Source: the human T2T-CHM13v2.0 reference genome, Homo sapiens. Taken from it: DNA of 64,000 nucleotides. Shown piece by piece: positions 12,890 to 25,614 of this stretch; position 1 is the stretch's first letter; every line of letters starts with the position of its first letter. Position numbers and translations under genes: made by a program. The notes beneath the pieces are model-generated. The model was not told where the DNA came from and searched no databases. It saw nothing but the letters and a program-made list of their open reading frames with translations. The DNA is taken from assembly GCF_009914755.1 (NCBI RefSeq), contig NC_060925.1. The stretch is one strand, 5' to 3'.

Positions 12890-13290
12890 TAAGAGATGCA
12901 GAAGCAGAGAGACCTATAGACAAAGGACAGAGAGAAATGGAGAAACACAGAGACAGAGAAGCAGATGGAAGGAGGGGGAGAGAGGAACAACCAGAAATAG
13001 GTCAGAACAGAGTGACACACACTGTGTATATGCGCGTACAGTGACATGCACAGGAAGACACAGGGACACACGACTGACAGGGGACAAAGACTCACTCAGA
13101 GAGAGAAACTGCAGAGACACAGACGTGGGCACACACTGACATAGAACCCAATTCACACAAGGAAACACAGACATGTGAACCCAGACTCAGAGGCAGCACA
13201 GCGAGAAATGCAACCAGACACACAGAGAGGCACATCCACACAGAGAAACAAACGTGTGTGTGCATGTGTGAAACACATACACACACATCC
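12890..13290. repeat. GA/CA-rich low-complexity tract
   Basis: AGAG/ACAC-rich degenerate repeats. Confidence 0.65.
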
Positions 13291-15132
13291 ACCCACTAGG
13301 GAGTGGAGCATGTGCAGAGACAAGGCCAAGCAGCAGTGCACTATTCCTGGGCACAGGGCTGGCTGAGCTAGGCTGGCCCACCCCAGTAAGTGGCTGCTCT
13401 TTCACATCCCCTCCAGATGGGGCTGCACAGTGGGGGATGGGAGCATTTCTGGGTGATGAATGGGGGCTCAGAGACCTGCTTCTATTCCTGGGCCAGCTGA
13501 CCCACACCCCACTGTGGAAGGTTCCTGGTTCTGTTGGTGGAGGTTTGTTGGGGAGGGGCTCGAAGGAGAGGAGGGTGAGGTGCAGGGTCAGCGTGGGCCT
13601 ATCCATGGCTGCCAGAGGCCGCCCCCACAGTCCTGCTGCTCCTGTGCCCCATGCAAGGGCCAGACATGAATGTTGGTATCCGTCCCCACCCTGCTACATT
13701 CCCTGCATAGACACCAGGAGGCCTTCTCTCAGGCATTGCCTCCTGAGGCTCTTTAGAGGCCACTGTACCCAGAAATGAGGCCCCTGGGTGACCCCAGGAC
13801 AAGCCTCAGTGCCCATGCTTAGCAACAGCACCTTGAGGGGCTGGCGTCAGGCTTAGGGTGACTCTGTAAATCAGAGCATTTTAATGCATAAAATCTGGAA
13901 ACACGAGTCTATGAATTGTAATCGAGCATGACGAAATCTCATCAACAGAAGTAAATATGAAATGCGGGGCGATGGGGAGATGCACAGATGTGGTTTCTGC
14001 ATCCTGACCCCACACCCCAGCTCTGGCTCACAGCTCCACCCACAGATTTATTCTCTGCACACAAGAAATTAGCTCGAAGTATTTCTGTTGGTTCAGCTCA
14101 GCTGCTGCACTCTTCCTGTCTGTCCCTCGAGGAGCTGGAACATTCTCCTGCCCTCCACCTTCAAGGCATGAGCCATCTTAACTTTGTTGTCCATTGAGGC
14201 ATAGACTTTTGGCTGGAAAACAGTCTGGAGAGGCCAATTTCTCTGCAACAACTGCAGACCTGGAGCTAGTAATAGTGGGCATCTGTTTACCATCTGTATC
14301 TGTGCTAAATGTTATTCCTGCCCCACTTTCTTGCAGGCCTTCTCAGAGCCTTTGCTCTGCTAATCTATAATGCAAAATTCCAAGGAGGGCTGAAGCAGGC
14401 AGGGTTTCACAGACTTATTTGGCCATAGGCAACTTTCTAGCCATAGTTCATCTTGGCCTCAGCATCTCCTGGGCTAATATTCCATTTGGATAATGTTGGT
14501 ATGAGGCCTGTAAGCTCATTACCTGATTGCAAGGCCATTTGGGTCCCAAACAGGACCTCAGCCCAACTTGGGGGCAGAGGTGTCTCAGCCTTCGGACCTC
14601 CTTTTGGAGAGAGCAGTGACTTTGTAATCTCATGACAGGTTGGGGCGGGGAGATGCCAGGGAGTGGCTTCTTCTAAAGAGCAGGAGTGAGCTCTGTCCCT
14701 AGTTAGGCTGATCTTGCCTTGGAGTGAGTCATACCAGTGTGTGTGTGTTCATGCGTGTGTACATGCACATATGTGTGTATGTGCACATGTGAGCCATGTA
14801 CAATGATAACTCAGCACCTCTGAGATGCAGACCAGATGCTGCATGTGGCATGTGGTGGAGAGTACAGGACCCCATCTTGGGAAACGCCCATCGGCAGGAG
14901 AGCTGAAATCCTTACATTAAAAAGTCCTTGGTCTGATGGAGTTCTGGACTTCAGGGGCCCCAATCTTTATTTAAGGAACCTGCAATCCCACTGGGAAGAA
15001 AACAGCCCACAGAAAAGCACACTCATGGACATACACACATGCATATATGCACCCCAATATACAACCACATGTACATATAGACCCAGACATACGTGTGTGT
15101 GATATATGTATATATATATATATAAAATACAC

Positions 15133-15684
15133 TGTGGAGTGCAGAATTCTAAGATGGTTCCCAAGAGTCCTACCCCCTTGTGTACATGCCCTGTATAATC
15201 TCCCCTTAAGTGTGGGTGGGACCTGTGAACAGGATGGGATATTACTCTTGTGACTAGGTTATGCTTTATGGCAAAGGTCAAAGAATTTTTCAGATAAAAT
15301 TGAAGTTCCTGATCATTTGACTTTGAATTAATCAAGAGGGACATTCTCCTGGGTGGGCCTGGCCTAATCAGATGAGCTGTTAAAAGAGGCTCTGGAGGTC
15401 AGAGAGAGAGTGTCTTCTGCTGCCCTTGAAAAAGCTGCCATGAGGGCTACAGCTATAAGGAAACATGATCTGCCAACAACCACGTGAGCTTGGAAGAGGA
15501 CCCCAGGCCTCAAATTTGATTGTAATCCTGGCCAACACTTTAACTGTAGCCTGTGAGACCCTAAGCAGAGGACCAGCTAGGCTGTGTCTGGACTCCCAAC
15601 CCACAGAAATTGTAAGATAATAATTGGGTGTAGTTTTCAGCTAAGTCGCGTTGATTTGCTATGCAGCAGTAGAAAACTAATGCG
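15133..15684 (+). mobile_element. MLT1E-like MaLR LTR
   Basis: GCAGAATTCTAAGATGG, GGTGGGCCTGGCCTAATCAG, CTGCCAACAACCACGTGAGCTTGGAAGAGGA, GCAGTAGAAAACTAAT. Confidence 0.85.
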
Positions 15685-15729
15685 CAAGCATTCCATTCGG
15701 TGAAAGTCACAAATATACCCGAAGATATC

Positions 15730-15990
15730 CACATGTACATAGGTGTATATACATGCAGACATTCACATACTTCCATTTACATGTACACCACACTCACTAT
15801 ACTTATATTTACATACATAAATATGTATACAGACATAAGCACATATGCATTCTTAGGTACACACACACACACACACACATATATACACACACGCATCCAT
15901 CCATAAACACAGAGGCATGTAAACAATCTATACATCCACATTTACATGAATATTCAGGCACAGGTATATGCACATATTATACACATAATC
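15730..15990. repeat. (CA/TA)-rich low-complexity tract
   Basis: ACAT/ACAC repeats including a short (CA)n run. Confidence 0.7.
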
Positions 15991-16336
15991 ATAATGAGGA
16001 CAAACATTTATTGAATGCTTTCTATGTGCCAGGCACTTGCCTAAGTTCTTCATATTAACTCACTTAATTGGTAATCCTATAGACGTGCGCATGTGTGATA
16101 TATGCAGCCGACCTGCATAACACCGAACTTCTGCAAAATACTACACCACCATATACTGCAGGGGCACGAAGTGAAGAGCTCTCAGCTGGGTCAGTTTCTC
16201 AGGGAGGTTTCTGGCAGAGTGTTTTTCTTTTTTCCTTCCTTTAGTGCCTGACTGGTGGGTAAGTCCAAGCAACTTCACTCTCCTTCCCTCTGCCAGGAGG
16301 GGCCTGGAAGCCACCCACATGCGGACTGCAGTCTTT

Positions 16337-16350
16337 CCACTAGGTGGTGC
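16337..16350 (+). promoter_or_regulatory. Candidate CTCF core motif
   Basis: CCACTAGGTGGTGC vs CCASYAGRKGGCRS, one mismatch (C>T at the CpG position). Confidence 0.4.
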
Positions 16351-16606
16351 TAGACTAGCATCTGTGGGCTTGATGGGTGGAGTCCTGGCCGGCTCTGGGG
16401 AGCAGAGCTTAACCATGGATGAAGAATAGATACAGGAAAGAAAAAACTTCTGGCCATAACACCCCCATTCCCCATCTGTTCAATATATTCTTGGAGCCCT
16501 AGGACCATTGGTGTCTACCTCAACCAGGAGCCAAGCCTCAGGTGACAGTGCTGACCAGGTGCTGGCTTTGCTTGACACCCTGCTGAGGACATCCAGATTT
16601 TATTAA

Positions 16607-16800
16607 TTTATTTAACAAACCCTTATGCACCATATCGTGTGGCCTAGCCACTGTTCTAAGTTCTTTACAAATATTAATTCATGTAATCCTCGTAACCATC
16701 CTATGACATAGTTACTATTATTATTACCATTTTACAGATGAGAAAACTGAGGCACAGAAAGGTTAGGTAATTTGCCCAAGCTCACACAGCTAATAATTGA
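16607..16800 (-). mobile_element. MIR
   Basis: CCATTTTACAGATGAGAAAACTGAGGCACAGAAAGGTTAGGTAATTTGCCCAAG. Confidence 0.92.
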
Positions 16801-18155
16801 TGAGAGGGAAGGAGACAGGGCAAGGATTCTTCATCCCATTTTAGAGATGGGGAAAGTGTATAGCCCAGTACCAATCCCAGAGAGTCAGTGGAGGAGCCTG
16901 ACCTTGAACTCAGAACTTAAGTTTAGCGCAGGGCATTTCTCCCTGGGCCCTGAATTGTATGGAGATAAAGGCTGAGGCTGCTGTTGAGTTGGGGGTTGTG
17001 ACAGGAGCAGGAGACACCCTCCTCGGCATGCTCCAATGACCCCTAGGATTTGGAGCTCAGGAAGCAACTTCCTGGTCAGTGGGGATCTCTTTGGGTTTTC
17101 ACCTGGATTCTACATAAAGGAATAAAAGGTAGGGCCAGCTCCCAGCTGATGCCCAGCCACGGGTGAGTCTGTAGACTCAGATGCTGGAACGGGCCTTTTA
17201 CAAGATACACAACCCATTCTACACTCAATTGCGTCCTATAAATCAGGTTAACCTTTTCAACGTGGCTCGGAGAAAATTAATTACTCATATCGGAGCACAT
17301 GACCTTTTTCCTGGGCAGGATGAAATGAGCTGCTCTGAAGCACTGGGCTCCTTATTCTCCACACTGCAGCATCCTAGCCTTTAGGTACCCATCCAATGAC
17401 CTACACAATCAACCAAGGATGGCAGTTACCTGTGTACTTCCCAAGGGTGACCATAATGGGCTATTCAATGCTCCTCCCAGGGACTGGGTCCTCCTCATTG
17501 GGGCTGATGATGGGAAAGGAGCACCTCCTTGGTCCTCACAAGCTCTGGCTTCGCTGGGCAGAGGGAGGGAAAAAGGGAAGGGAGAAGCATTTGAAGGGTT
17601 CTTTATTCCCTGGGAGAGTTTTTTTTAGAAACCAAAGAGAACCCCCACTGGGTTTTACATGGTAGGTTTGCCACTCAGGGAAAACCCCTACCTCACCCCA
17701 CACTCTGACAGCATCCAACTAGCTAACCAATATTGACTAATTGGTCCATCCAACCATCCAAGCAACCAACCCATCACCCACCTAACCGACCAGTAGAAAA
17801 CCATGCAGAAAGTCTGTATTAAATTCTTTGTGCAGCCTTGGGAATGTGGGTGAAAAAGAACACAGGTCCTGCCCTCTAGGGGCTTATAGTTCAGTTGGAA
17901 ACAAAAAGTGTAAAGCAGGGAAGAAGATTGTGTAGAATCATTGAATAGGTAAGGGCAGGCTCTGGATTAATCTTGGAACTTGTCTGTTCTTGTAGGGATT
18001 GGGTAGCTTCTGTCTTTTCAGTACCTATAGTTGTCAGCTGCTGGCAACAGAGGGTGGGTTATTCAGTAATGTGTAGTTGTCCCTAACTATTATCTCAGCC
18101 ACTTATGCATGTCCTGGTCCAGGGTTTTGCCTTTCAATTTGGACAGATTTTCTAC

Positions 18156-18346
18156 TTGAATCCTGGCAGTCCTTAGGCAAGTTACCTAACCTTTGATTTT
18201 GTTTTCTTATCAAAAAATGTGTATAACAAAACCTACCCACAGGGCAGCTGTGAGCATTCAGTAAGATAATGCTTGCAGAGTGCTTAGCACAGTGCCTGGT
18301 ACATAGTAAGTGCTCATTAAATATCAGTTATAATAATTATTATTAT
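18156..18346 (+). mobile_element. MIR
   Basis: GGCAAGTTACCTAACCT ... CAGTGCCTGGTACATAGTAAGTGCTCA. Confidence 0.88.
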
Positions 18347-19309
18347 CAGTTGCCAGAATGATTCATGGCAAACCAGTGAACACAGTTCTTAACCCAATGC
18401 TGGCGAAAGCATGTGTTTTAAAGTAAGTGCTCTCAGGGATACATTGAAAGTTTTCTGTCAGTCAGCTTGCTTTTAGGGATTCTGAGGCTGAGAGGTCTTT
18501 GTCTGTCTTGAAGCATGTATGGTGGAGGGGCCTGAACCAATGTGCTTGTGCTCCTAGCTGTAAGCAGGACCCTGAGTCTCTCACCGTTTTGTTTCATCTA
18601 AGGGAAGGACATTCAGTGATCGGACCTCTGAATGCGAGAAGCCTTTCTTCTCATTCTCGCCATGGTCTGGGGCTCTAGATCCCATTAACAGGATCACCTG
18701 CCTGGGAGGGCATGAGTGACTGTTTCAACCCAGTTATCTGTGGTCCCCAATCTGGGAGATTTCTTAGATGGTGATATGCAGGAGGGTGGGGCTGGGGTAG
18801 GTGGAGACGAGGGGCTGAATGAAGCCAGAAGACTCTGTGGACCGCAGTCTTCAATGGGGAAGAGATGCTGTTACGGGCAGGGTATGGGATGGTGGGCGCC
18901 AAATTCTAGGATGGAGGCAGCCAGGTGAGAATGGGGCTGTGGGGGACAGCATCCAAGGCTTCTCTAAGCTGTGGAGGGTACGAGTCTAATGAGGAACTAA
19001 GGGTGCTCTTGGGGATGGGGCTCATAAGGTGCGCTCCCCCAGGTCCCATCCTCAGCCCTGGTGATCCCACGGTTCCTGTAGCTTTGGCATCACTCACCTT
19101 ACGATGACTCTGACACAGACTGACCCACCATCAGCTGCATTCTTGAGTTCCAGGCCTGCACATCTGAGTCCAGCAGGACACCACACCTGGCTGGCTCGGG
19201 GCGCCTCACTCACCAGCCCGATGCTGACCTTTGTCCTTTAGACTCGTTTGTCTGAGAACTGCCAGGCATACCCGAAGGGTGGGTTTCTGTGTGACTCCGC
19301 CTCCACGGC

Positions 19310-19680
19310 CATTCATCACTGATTGGACCAGCTTGGACAACTGACTCAAGTGTGGTCACTCAGATTTCTCTCCCAGTCTTGGAAATGATTGATACTGGTC
19401 AGTCTGGGGTGCTCTTTGAACTGAGGCACTCTAAGCTCAGGAGTGGAGGCAGCCATCTTTGGTTAGACCTGTGCATGTAGAAGCTGAAAGAGAAGGAAGG
19501 GGAGATAGAAAGAAGACAGAGGGAGAAGGTCAGGGCTCCCATCAGTTTTGCAGTCCTTTTGAGGCCGGGTTCTGGTCCTGTCCTGGGGTTTCATAAAACA
19601 CTCCTATATCTGATAACACTCTGCTTTTAAAAAATCCTGTGCGTGTCCTTCAGGTTCTGTTTCTACCCATCCAAAACCCT
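19310..19680 (+). mobile_element. Very old MLT1-type LTR remnant
   Basis: CTGATTGGACCAG, GGCAGCCATCTT, GGTTCTGTTTCTA end; highly diverged. Confidence 0.4.
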
Positions 19681-20369
19681 TTCATGCCGCTGTTAGGAGA
19701 GGCTCCTGCCCTTGCCAGCACTGGGAGGGGAAGGAGGATGAAGGGGCCAGGGACAGAAAGAGACAGTAACGGAGGCCCAATCAAATGTGTGTGACAGGGT
19801 GTTTTACAAGGAGTGTGAGTAGGACAAAGAGATCAATAGTCTGTGGGTCATGTTTGTGTGTGAGACATGGACACACACACTGACAGAGAACTAGTGAGTG
19901 AGAGAGAGACATAAAGTTGATCAATGACACACACCTACGTGCAGAGGGAGAGAGAACAAGGGAAAGGCAAGATACGTGCCCCCAGCAGAGGGAGCAGCGA
20001 GGAGACCCACGGAGGACACCACTGGGGCACGCAGAGAATAAAAGTACGAGGTTTTCCCCATTGCCCACTGGCCCCAGAGGCTGCCCGCCTGCTACCTGTG
20101 GGGATTGAAGTGTCTGTAGATGGCCAGGCTATAGCAGGTGACTCAGACAGACCCTGCGCCTGTGCCTTTCTGCCTCTGTGGCCACAGGGCCCAGCTGGGC
20201 AGAGGTCCACTTCCAGTCTGGGGAATTTTTCTTCTCTCTGGCTGCCTCCTTCCCATCCACCTGGCTGGATGGCCTCAGCTGCATGGAGCTGGAGCAGAAG
20301 AGAAACCTGTGCTCGAGCCCAGACACTGATCTGTCTCTTGCCGTCATCCTGACCCCAGACATCTGCACA

Positions 20370-21390
20370 AATGGACACAATGACATATGCACAGACACAC
20401 TCATGCAGACACAGACACACACCAACATACACACACGGACACACTGATACAGTGACATCTGCACAGGCAAACACACTGGCATATGCACAGACTCACCACA
20501 CAGACACAGGCACACACCAACACACACACCCAGACATACCGATACACACAGTGACATACACACAGGTACACTGACACACACACACAGACACACTGTCATA
20601 CACACAGCCATACATATATGCATCAACACTCAGGCAGACACACTGACATACACACAGACATACATATATGCATCAACACTCAGGCAGACACACTGACATA
20701 CACACAGACACACTCACACAGACACAGATGCACCCTGACACACACACACGGACATACTCATACACACAGTGACATACAGGTACACTGACACACACAGACA
20801 CACTGACATACACACAGCCATACGTACACACACTGACACACACACAGATACACTGACATACACAAGCACTAATGTAGTCATCACACAGACACAGACACAC
20901 AACGACATACACAGACACACACTGACATACAAACAGCTGTGCACACACACATATACACTGACATACACAGCCATGCTCACACATACACACACACAGTGAC
21001 ATATATGGAGCTATACTCACACACACACACATAGACACAGATACACAGGTGCAGACACACGTAGGTACAAAAGCATAGAGACATACATATGCCGACACGC
21101 TCCAATATACACAGCTTTGTAGATTCACACAAATGTATAAGAACACCCACAGAAATGATGATCCAGAAATATACAAACCCAGATACAGAAATGCACAGAC
21201 ACACAAATGCAAGTAACAGATATGCATAGAGAGTCACAGATACCCAGACATTCACAGATGCATGCAGATAGATGTGCAGACCTTCACTGAATGCCAAGGC
21301 AGACATGGGTAGCACAGATACACGAACATAAACACACAGGTGCAGGTGCACCCAGGCACACAAACATGCGCAGACACACAGCTCCATGCA
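20370..21390. repeat. ~1-kb (CA)-rich degenerate tandem tract with an internal 50-bp higher-order repeat
   Basis: ACACAC/ACAGAC/CTGACA units; 20591-20640 and 20641-20690 differ at 2 positions. Confidence 0.9.
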
Positions 21391-21794
21391 GACATGGCCA
21401 TGGGCCCTGGCGTGAGCTGAGCTTGATGGCACAGGGGGTCCTGGTAGAGGGGGTCCTGCTGGTGGGCCCCCAGGTGTTGTTGTCTGGTGATCCTCTCATT
21501 TTACAATTGGGGAAAGAATTATGGGGGAGGAGGGAGGTGACTGGTCTCCAGCATGGTGTGTGGTGAGTGGGCTCCAGGACAGGGAGGGGCCATGGCAAGG
21601 CTCCTGGCAGGTTGGGAGCAGTAGAACCTGAGGAAGCTGGGCTCCTGCTGCAGGCTGTCAATCAAGCCTGGCTGTCACTGGCCTGAGTCTGGCACAGAGA
21701 ATCTGGGCTTGCAGGAGCCTCCTTGGAGCTGTGGCCTTCCCAAACTCCTACCCAGAACCAGGAGTCCTTCGCCTGGTCCTGGTGATGTGGCTGT

Positions 21795-22072
21795 GTTAGT
21801 GTATGTGTGTGCAAGTTTGTGTATCTATGCGTGTGTGTTTGTGGGTCCGTGTGTGTGTATATGTATGTAGGTATGCCCACAGTTGTATAGGTTTACGCAT
21901 GTGAAGGCACATGCACAAACACACATGTTTATATGCATGCAGACACACGTTTATAGGTTTGATGTGTTTGTATATTGCAGGAGCATCTATGTATGCATAG
22001 GTGTGTGCATGTGCATGCCGACATAGATGTGTGTACAAAGTCTGTGTACGTTTATGGGTGTGGATGTGCACA
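21795..22072. repeat. (TG)-rich degenerate tract
   Basis: GTGT/ATGT repeats. Confidence 0.8.
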
Positions 22073-22619
22073 GCATGAGAGGGCTGTATTCTGAGCTGTC
22101 ATCGCTGCCACTGTGCTCTGCATATCTCAGCCTGGGGCAGCTCCAGATGTTGTTCCAACATTCCTCATTTGCTGCAGAAAATCAAACAAACACATGAAAA
22201 ATTAACGCCATTGTTAGCCAGGAATTCTCCTGAGCTGAGGAAGCTGCCTCTAGCCAGCCCAGCTGCAGCAGATGGTGGAGACTCCTGGGCTTACCTTGGG
22301 CCTTGGTGCTGGTGTAGACAGGATCACCAGGAGGCTGGCAGAGGCAGGTTGCTGTGGGTTGGGTCCTGATGTGACTGCAGAAGGCTGTCAGCGCCTCAAA
22401 GGAGGGTCTGTCTTTCCTACCCATCCCCATCCTAAGGGTCTCCTAAGGTGTGGCCCCAGGGCAGGAGGGCAGGGGAAAGCAGGAGGAGATGCACATGCAT
22501 GGGGCACCTAGCATATAGTAGGTGCTCACTAAATGCTGTTGATGACTGAACTTTATGTACACAAGCCGTATACATAAAGTTTAGTGTAGACTTTATGTAT
22601 CCTGAACTTTATGTATACA

Positions 22620-22771
22620 ATGCTCACAACAACAGCATTTGACAGATCAGGAAACTGAGGCTCAGAGAAGTTATTTAGGTTGCCCAAAGCCACACAGCTT
22701 GTGAATGGAGGTACTGGGATTCAAACCCATCTCTAACACCCTCTCAAATCCAGGGTTTTTTCACTATACTG
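22620..22771 (-). mobile_element. MIR
   Basis: ACAGATCAGGAAACTGAGGCTCAGAGA..TTGCCCAAAGCCACACAGCT..GGGATTCAAACCC. Confidence 0.85.
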
Positions 22772-22786
22772 TCAGTGTGATACACA

Positions 22787-23270
22787 TGGTGGTAGATGAA
22801 AGATGGCTGCAAAATTTCCACCACTTTTCCGGTTGAAAGGTGGAGTCTAATTCCCCTCTCCATGAATCTGGGCTGGGCTTAGAGACTCCCAAGGCTAGGC
22901 GATAAGAAGCCTTGTAGCTTCTATTCCATTAGGAAATTGTCTCTCTGAGCCACCATGCAAAAAGTCATCAGACTGTCCTGCTGGAGAGGGCATGCTCAGG
23001 TGTTCTAGTTGAAAGTTCTGGCTGAGTCCAGCTTTCCTCATCTCTGCCAAGGCACTGGAAGTGTGAGTGAAGCCAGCTTGGACCCTCCAGACTATACAAT
23101 TCTCCAGCTGAATATTGCCACTTCTATTGACACTCCGTAGAACACAGGAGAATTTTCCAGCCAAGCCCATCTTGGATCTCCAATCCACAAAACCATGAGC
23201 TGTGATTAAATGATTGATGCTTTAGCCACTTAATTTTGGAGTAGTTACACAGCAACAGACAACTGGAGTA
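22787..23270 (+). mobile_element. MLT1G-like MaLR LTR
   Basis: AAAGATGGCTGCAAA, GGTGGAGTCTAATTCCCCTC, TTTAGCCACT..TTTTGGAGTAGTTACACAGCA. Confidence 0.8.
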
Positions 23271-23917
23271 GACACATACTCACATCAGCACACACACACC
23301 ACAAACACACATGCTCAGATACACACACACCACAAACACATGCTCAGATACACACTCAGAGCAAGAACATCTCTCTCTCTCTCACAGGCACTTGGGTCCC
23401 TGTCTGATTTCAGTTCTTCCAGCACCCCCACCCCCCACATCAGGCTCCTGGGTGTAATTACATCCATGTTTTCTGGGGGTGAGAAGTGCTCACATCCAGA
23501 TAAATGACAGTGGCTCCTCATTATCCATCCAGTTTAATTGTTTGTGGGCTTTTCTGATTTGAATTCTTCCCAAGGAATCAGAATGAGTAATTTTATATGG
23601 AAATGTATAAAAAAACAATAATTACCAGTGGGTGTGGAGTAGTAAACAGTTCTGCTGAGTGGGTCCTATCCATGCTTGGCTATGCCTTTCACGTCCATCC
23701 GCTCCAGCCTCGAACCTACAACCGGGAGCTGGATGAACTGGGCTGCTGGGCAGACAGGCAAGGGAAGGAGCAGAATGTGCTGGAAGGAGGCAGAAGGCTT
23801 CTGAAAGTGTCGCGAAAGAAAACAACCAAACACAAAAAGAGCTGAGAAAGGTTGTTTTAGTCCTCAGGTTCCTAGAAACTACCTCCCAGACATCACCCGA
23901 AACCAGCTGGCCTGGCT

Positions 23918-24360
23918 GTGTGTGTACAAGTGCACGTGGGGATCTAGGAGAGTGAGTGGGTGAGGCGTGCCGTCCTGTATGCGCAGGCTGTGTCTATGGG
24001 TGTGAGACGGTGTGAGTGGCACTGTGTGTTACAGGTGGGGGCACATGTGTACCAGTGTCTACATGTGAGTGTGTGACTATGGCTGTGGGTGCATGACCAC
24101 CCATGTAACAATGCATGACTGTCCTGCGTGGTTCTCTGTGGGTGATTACATATGTTCATGCACATGCATGCCTATGAATGTGAGTGTGTGGGACTGGGGA
24201 GAACCACATGGCTCTATGTGCTGTGTATGGCCAAGTGGTTCCATATGCCTGTGTATGACAGCATGTCTCTTGTGCCTGTGCAAGTGTGTGTGTGTGTGTG
24301 TACGTGTGCCTGCCACCAAAGTGTGTGTGCGTATGTGTGCATGTCACCAGGCCCCTGTGT
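23918..24360. repeat. (TG)-rich degenerate tract
   Basis: GTGT/GCAT repeats. Confidence 0.7.
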
Positions 24361-24483
24361 GGGCCTGATGCTGTGTATTTTGGTGAGAAGCCATACTCCT
24401 GTTAAGGCAGCATGGTGGTGGTGGAATTTACTCATAGTTGGAGGTCATTTCTGATGTCGGGCACTTGGGTGTGCAATAACAGT

Positions 24484-25482
24484 CGTTCAAAACATATTTT
24501 TTTGAGCATTGATGTTGGAGATACAGTGAGGAACAAAACAGGCAAAGAATCTGCATTCCTGGAGCTGGTAGTCATGTGGAAAAGACAGGGAGGAAATAAT
24601 AATTATAAGATAGTCTAATAATTACATTATCATAATTTGATAGTTTCTATGAAGGCAAAGAAGTCAGGGTTGTATGAGACCTTAAGGGTCCTCATTTAGC
24701 TTGTGGGGGGCAAAGGTTAAGAAGGGCTTCTTTGAGGAAGTAACATTTAGGCTGAGGCCTGAAGAATGAATAGGAATTGGCTAGGCAAAGGGGTATAGTA
24801 GATGGGTGTGGGGAGGAAGAGTGTTAAGGAAGAGGCAACAGTATGTGAAAAGACTCTGACGTGTAACAGAGCAAGTTTCTTGGAGAAACTGCAAGAAGGC
24901 CAGGGAGGAGGCTGGAAAAGTGGCAGGCACCAGATCTTTGGGGCCTTCTGGGTCATGACAAAGGCTTGGGACTCCTACAGGCAACAGAAGGCAGGGAGAG
25001 TTCCCATGTGATCATGGCTGCTGTGCTGAGAGCTGGTTGTCAGGCTGCAAATAGTGGAAGCGAAAAAAATCAGAGAGGAGGCCGATGCATTGGTCCAGGC
25101 AAGGGTGGCATTGGCTTTGCCCAGTGGTGGGAAGTAGTGAAGATGGAGAGAAGTAAAGAGAATTCAAGGTCTATTTTGAGGTTAGAATTGACAAGCATTG
25201 GTGGTGGGTGGCACATATGAGGGCAGGAGAGGGAGGTGTCCAGGATGACTGCAGGGTTTTGGTTCTGGATTCTGGCTTGTTGGAAGTGCCAGTGGCTGAG
25301 ATGGTGAAGCAAGAGGAGGAGCACATGCTTAGATGGAGGGAGGAGTGAAAAATTCTAATTTGGGCATGTCGAGTTTGAGATGCATTTGAGACACAGGGGT
25401 AAAAATGTCCAGGAGGCAGTTGTAAACAAAAGTCTGGAGTTAGGAAGGAAGGTTTAAGCTGGAGACAGGGGTTTATGTAGAG
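24484..25482 (-). mobile_element. L2 3' region
   Basis: GAGGAAGTAACATTTAGGCTGAG, CAGGATGACT, TTTGGGCATGTCGAGTTTGAGATGC, GGAGGCAGTTG..GTCTGGAGTT. Confidence 0.85.
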
Positions 25483-25614
25483 TGGAAACCAGAACTGGGA
25501 GGAAAACCAGCTTTGGTGAGTAGATTGGGGACAGAGGGGTGCCTTTCTTTGCTTTGATTGCAACGTCCACTGTTTAGGGACAGTTGGACATGGTCATTAA
25601 GACTCTGAACTCTG

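Noticed and set aside
19935-21432. Cys/Val-rich and His/Thr-rich ORFs up to 184 aa
   Set aside because: Artefacts of (TG)/(CA) repeats, not metal-binding proteins.
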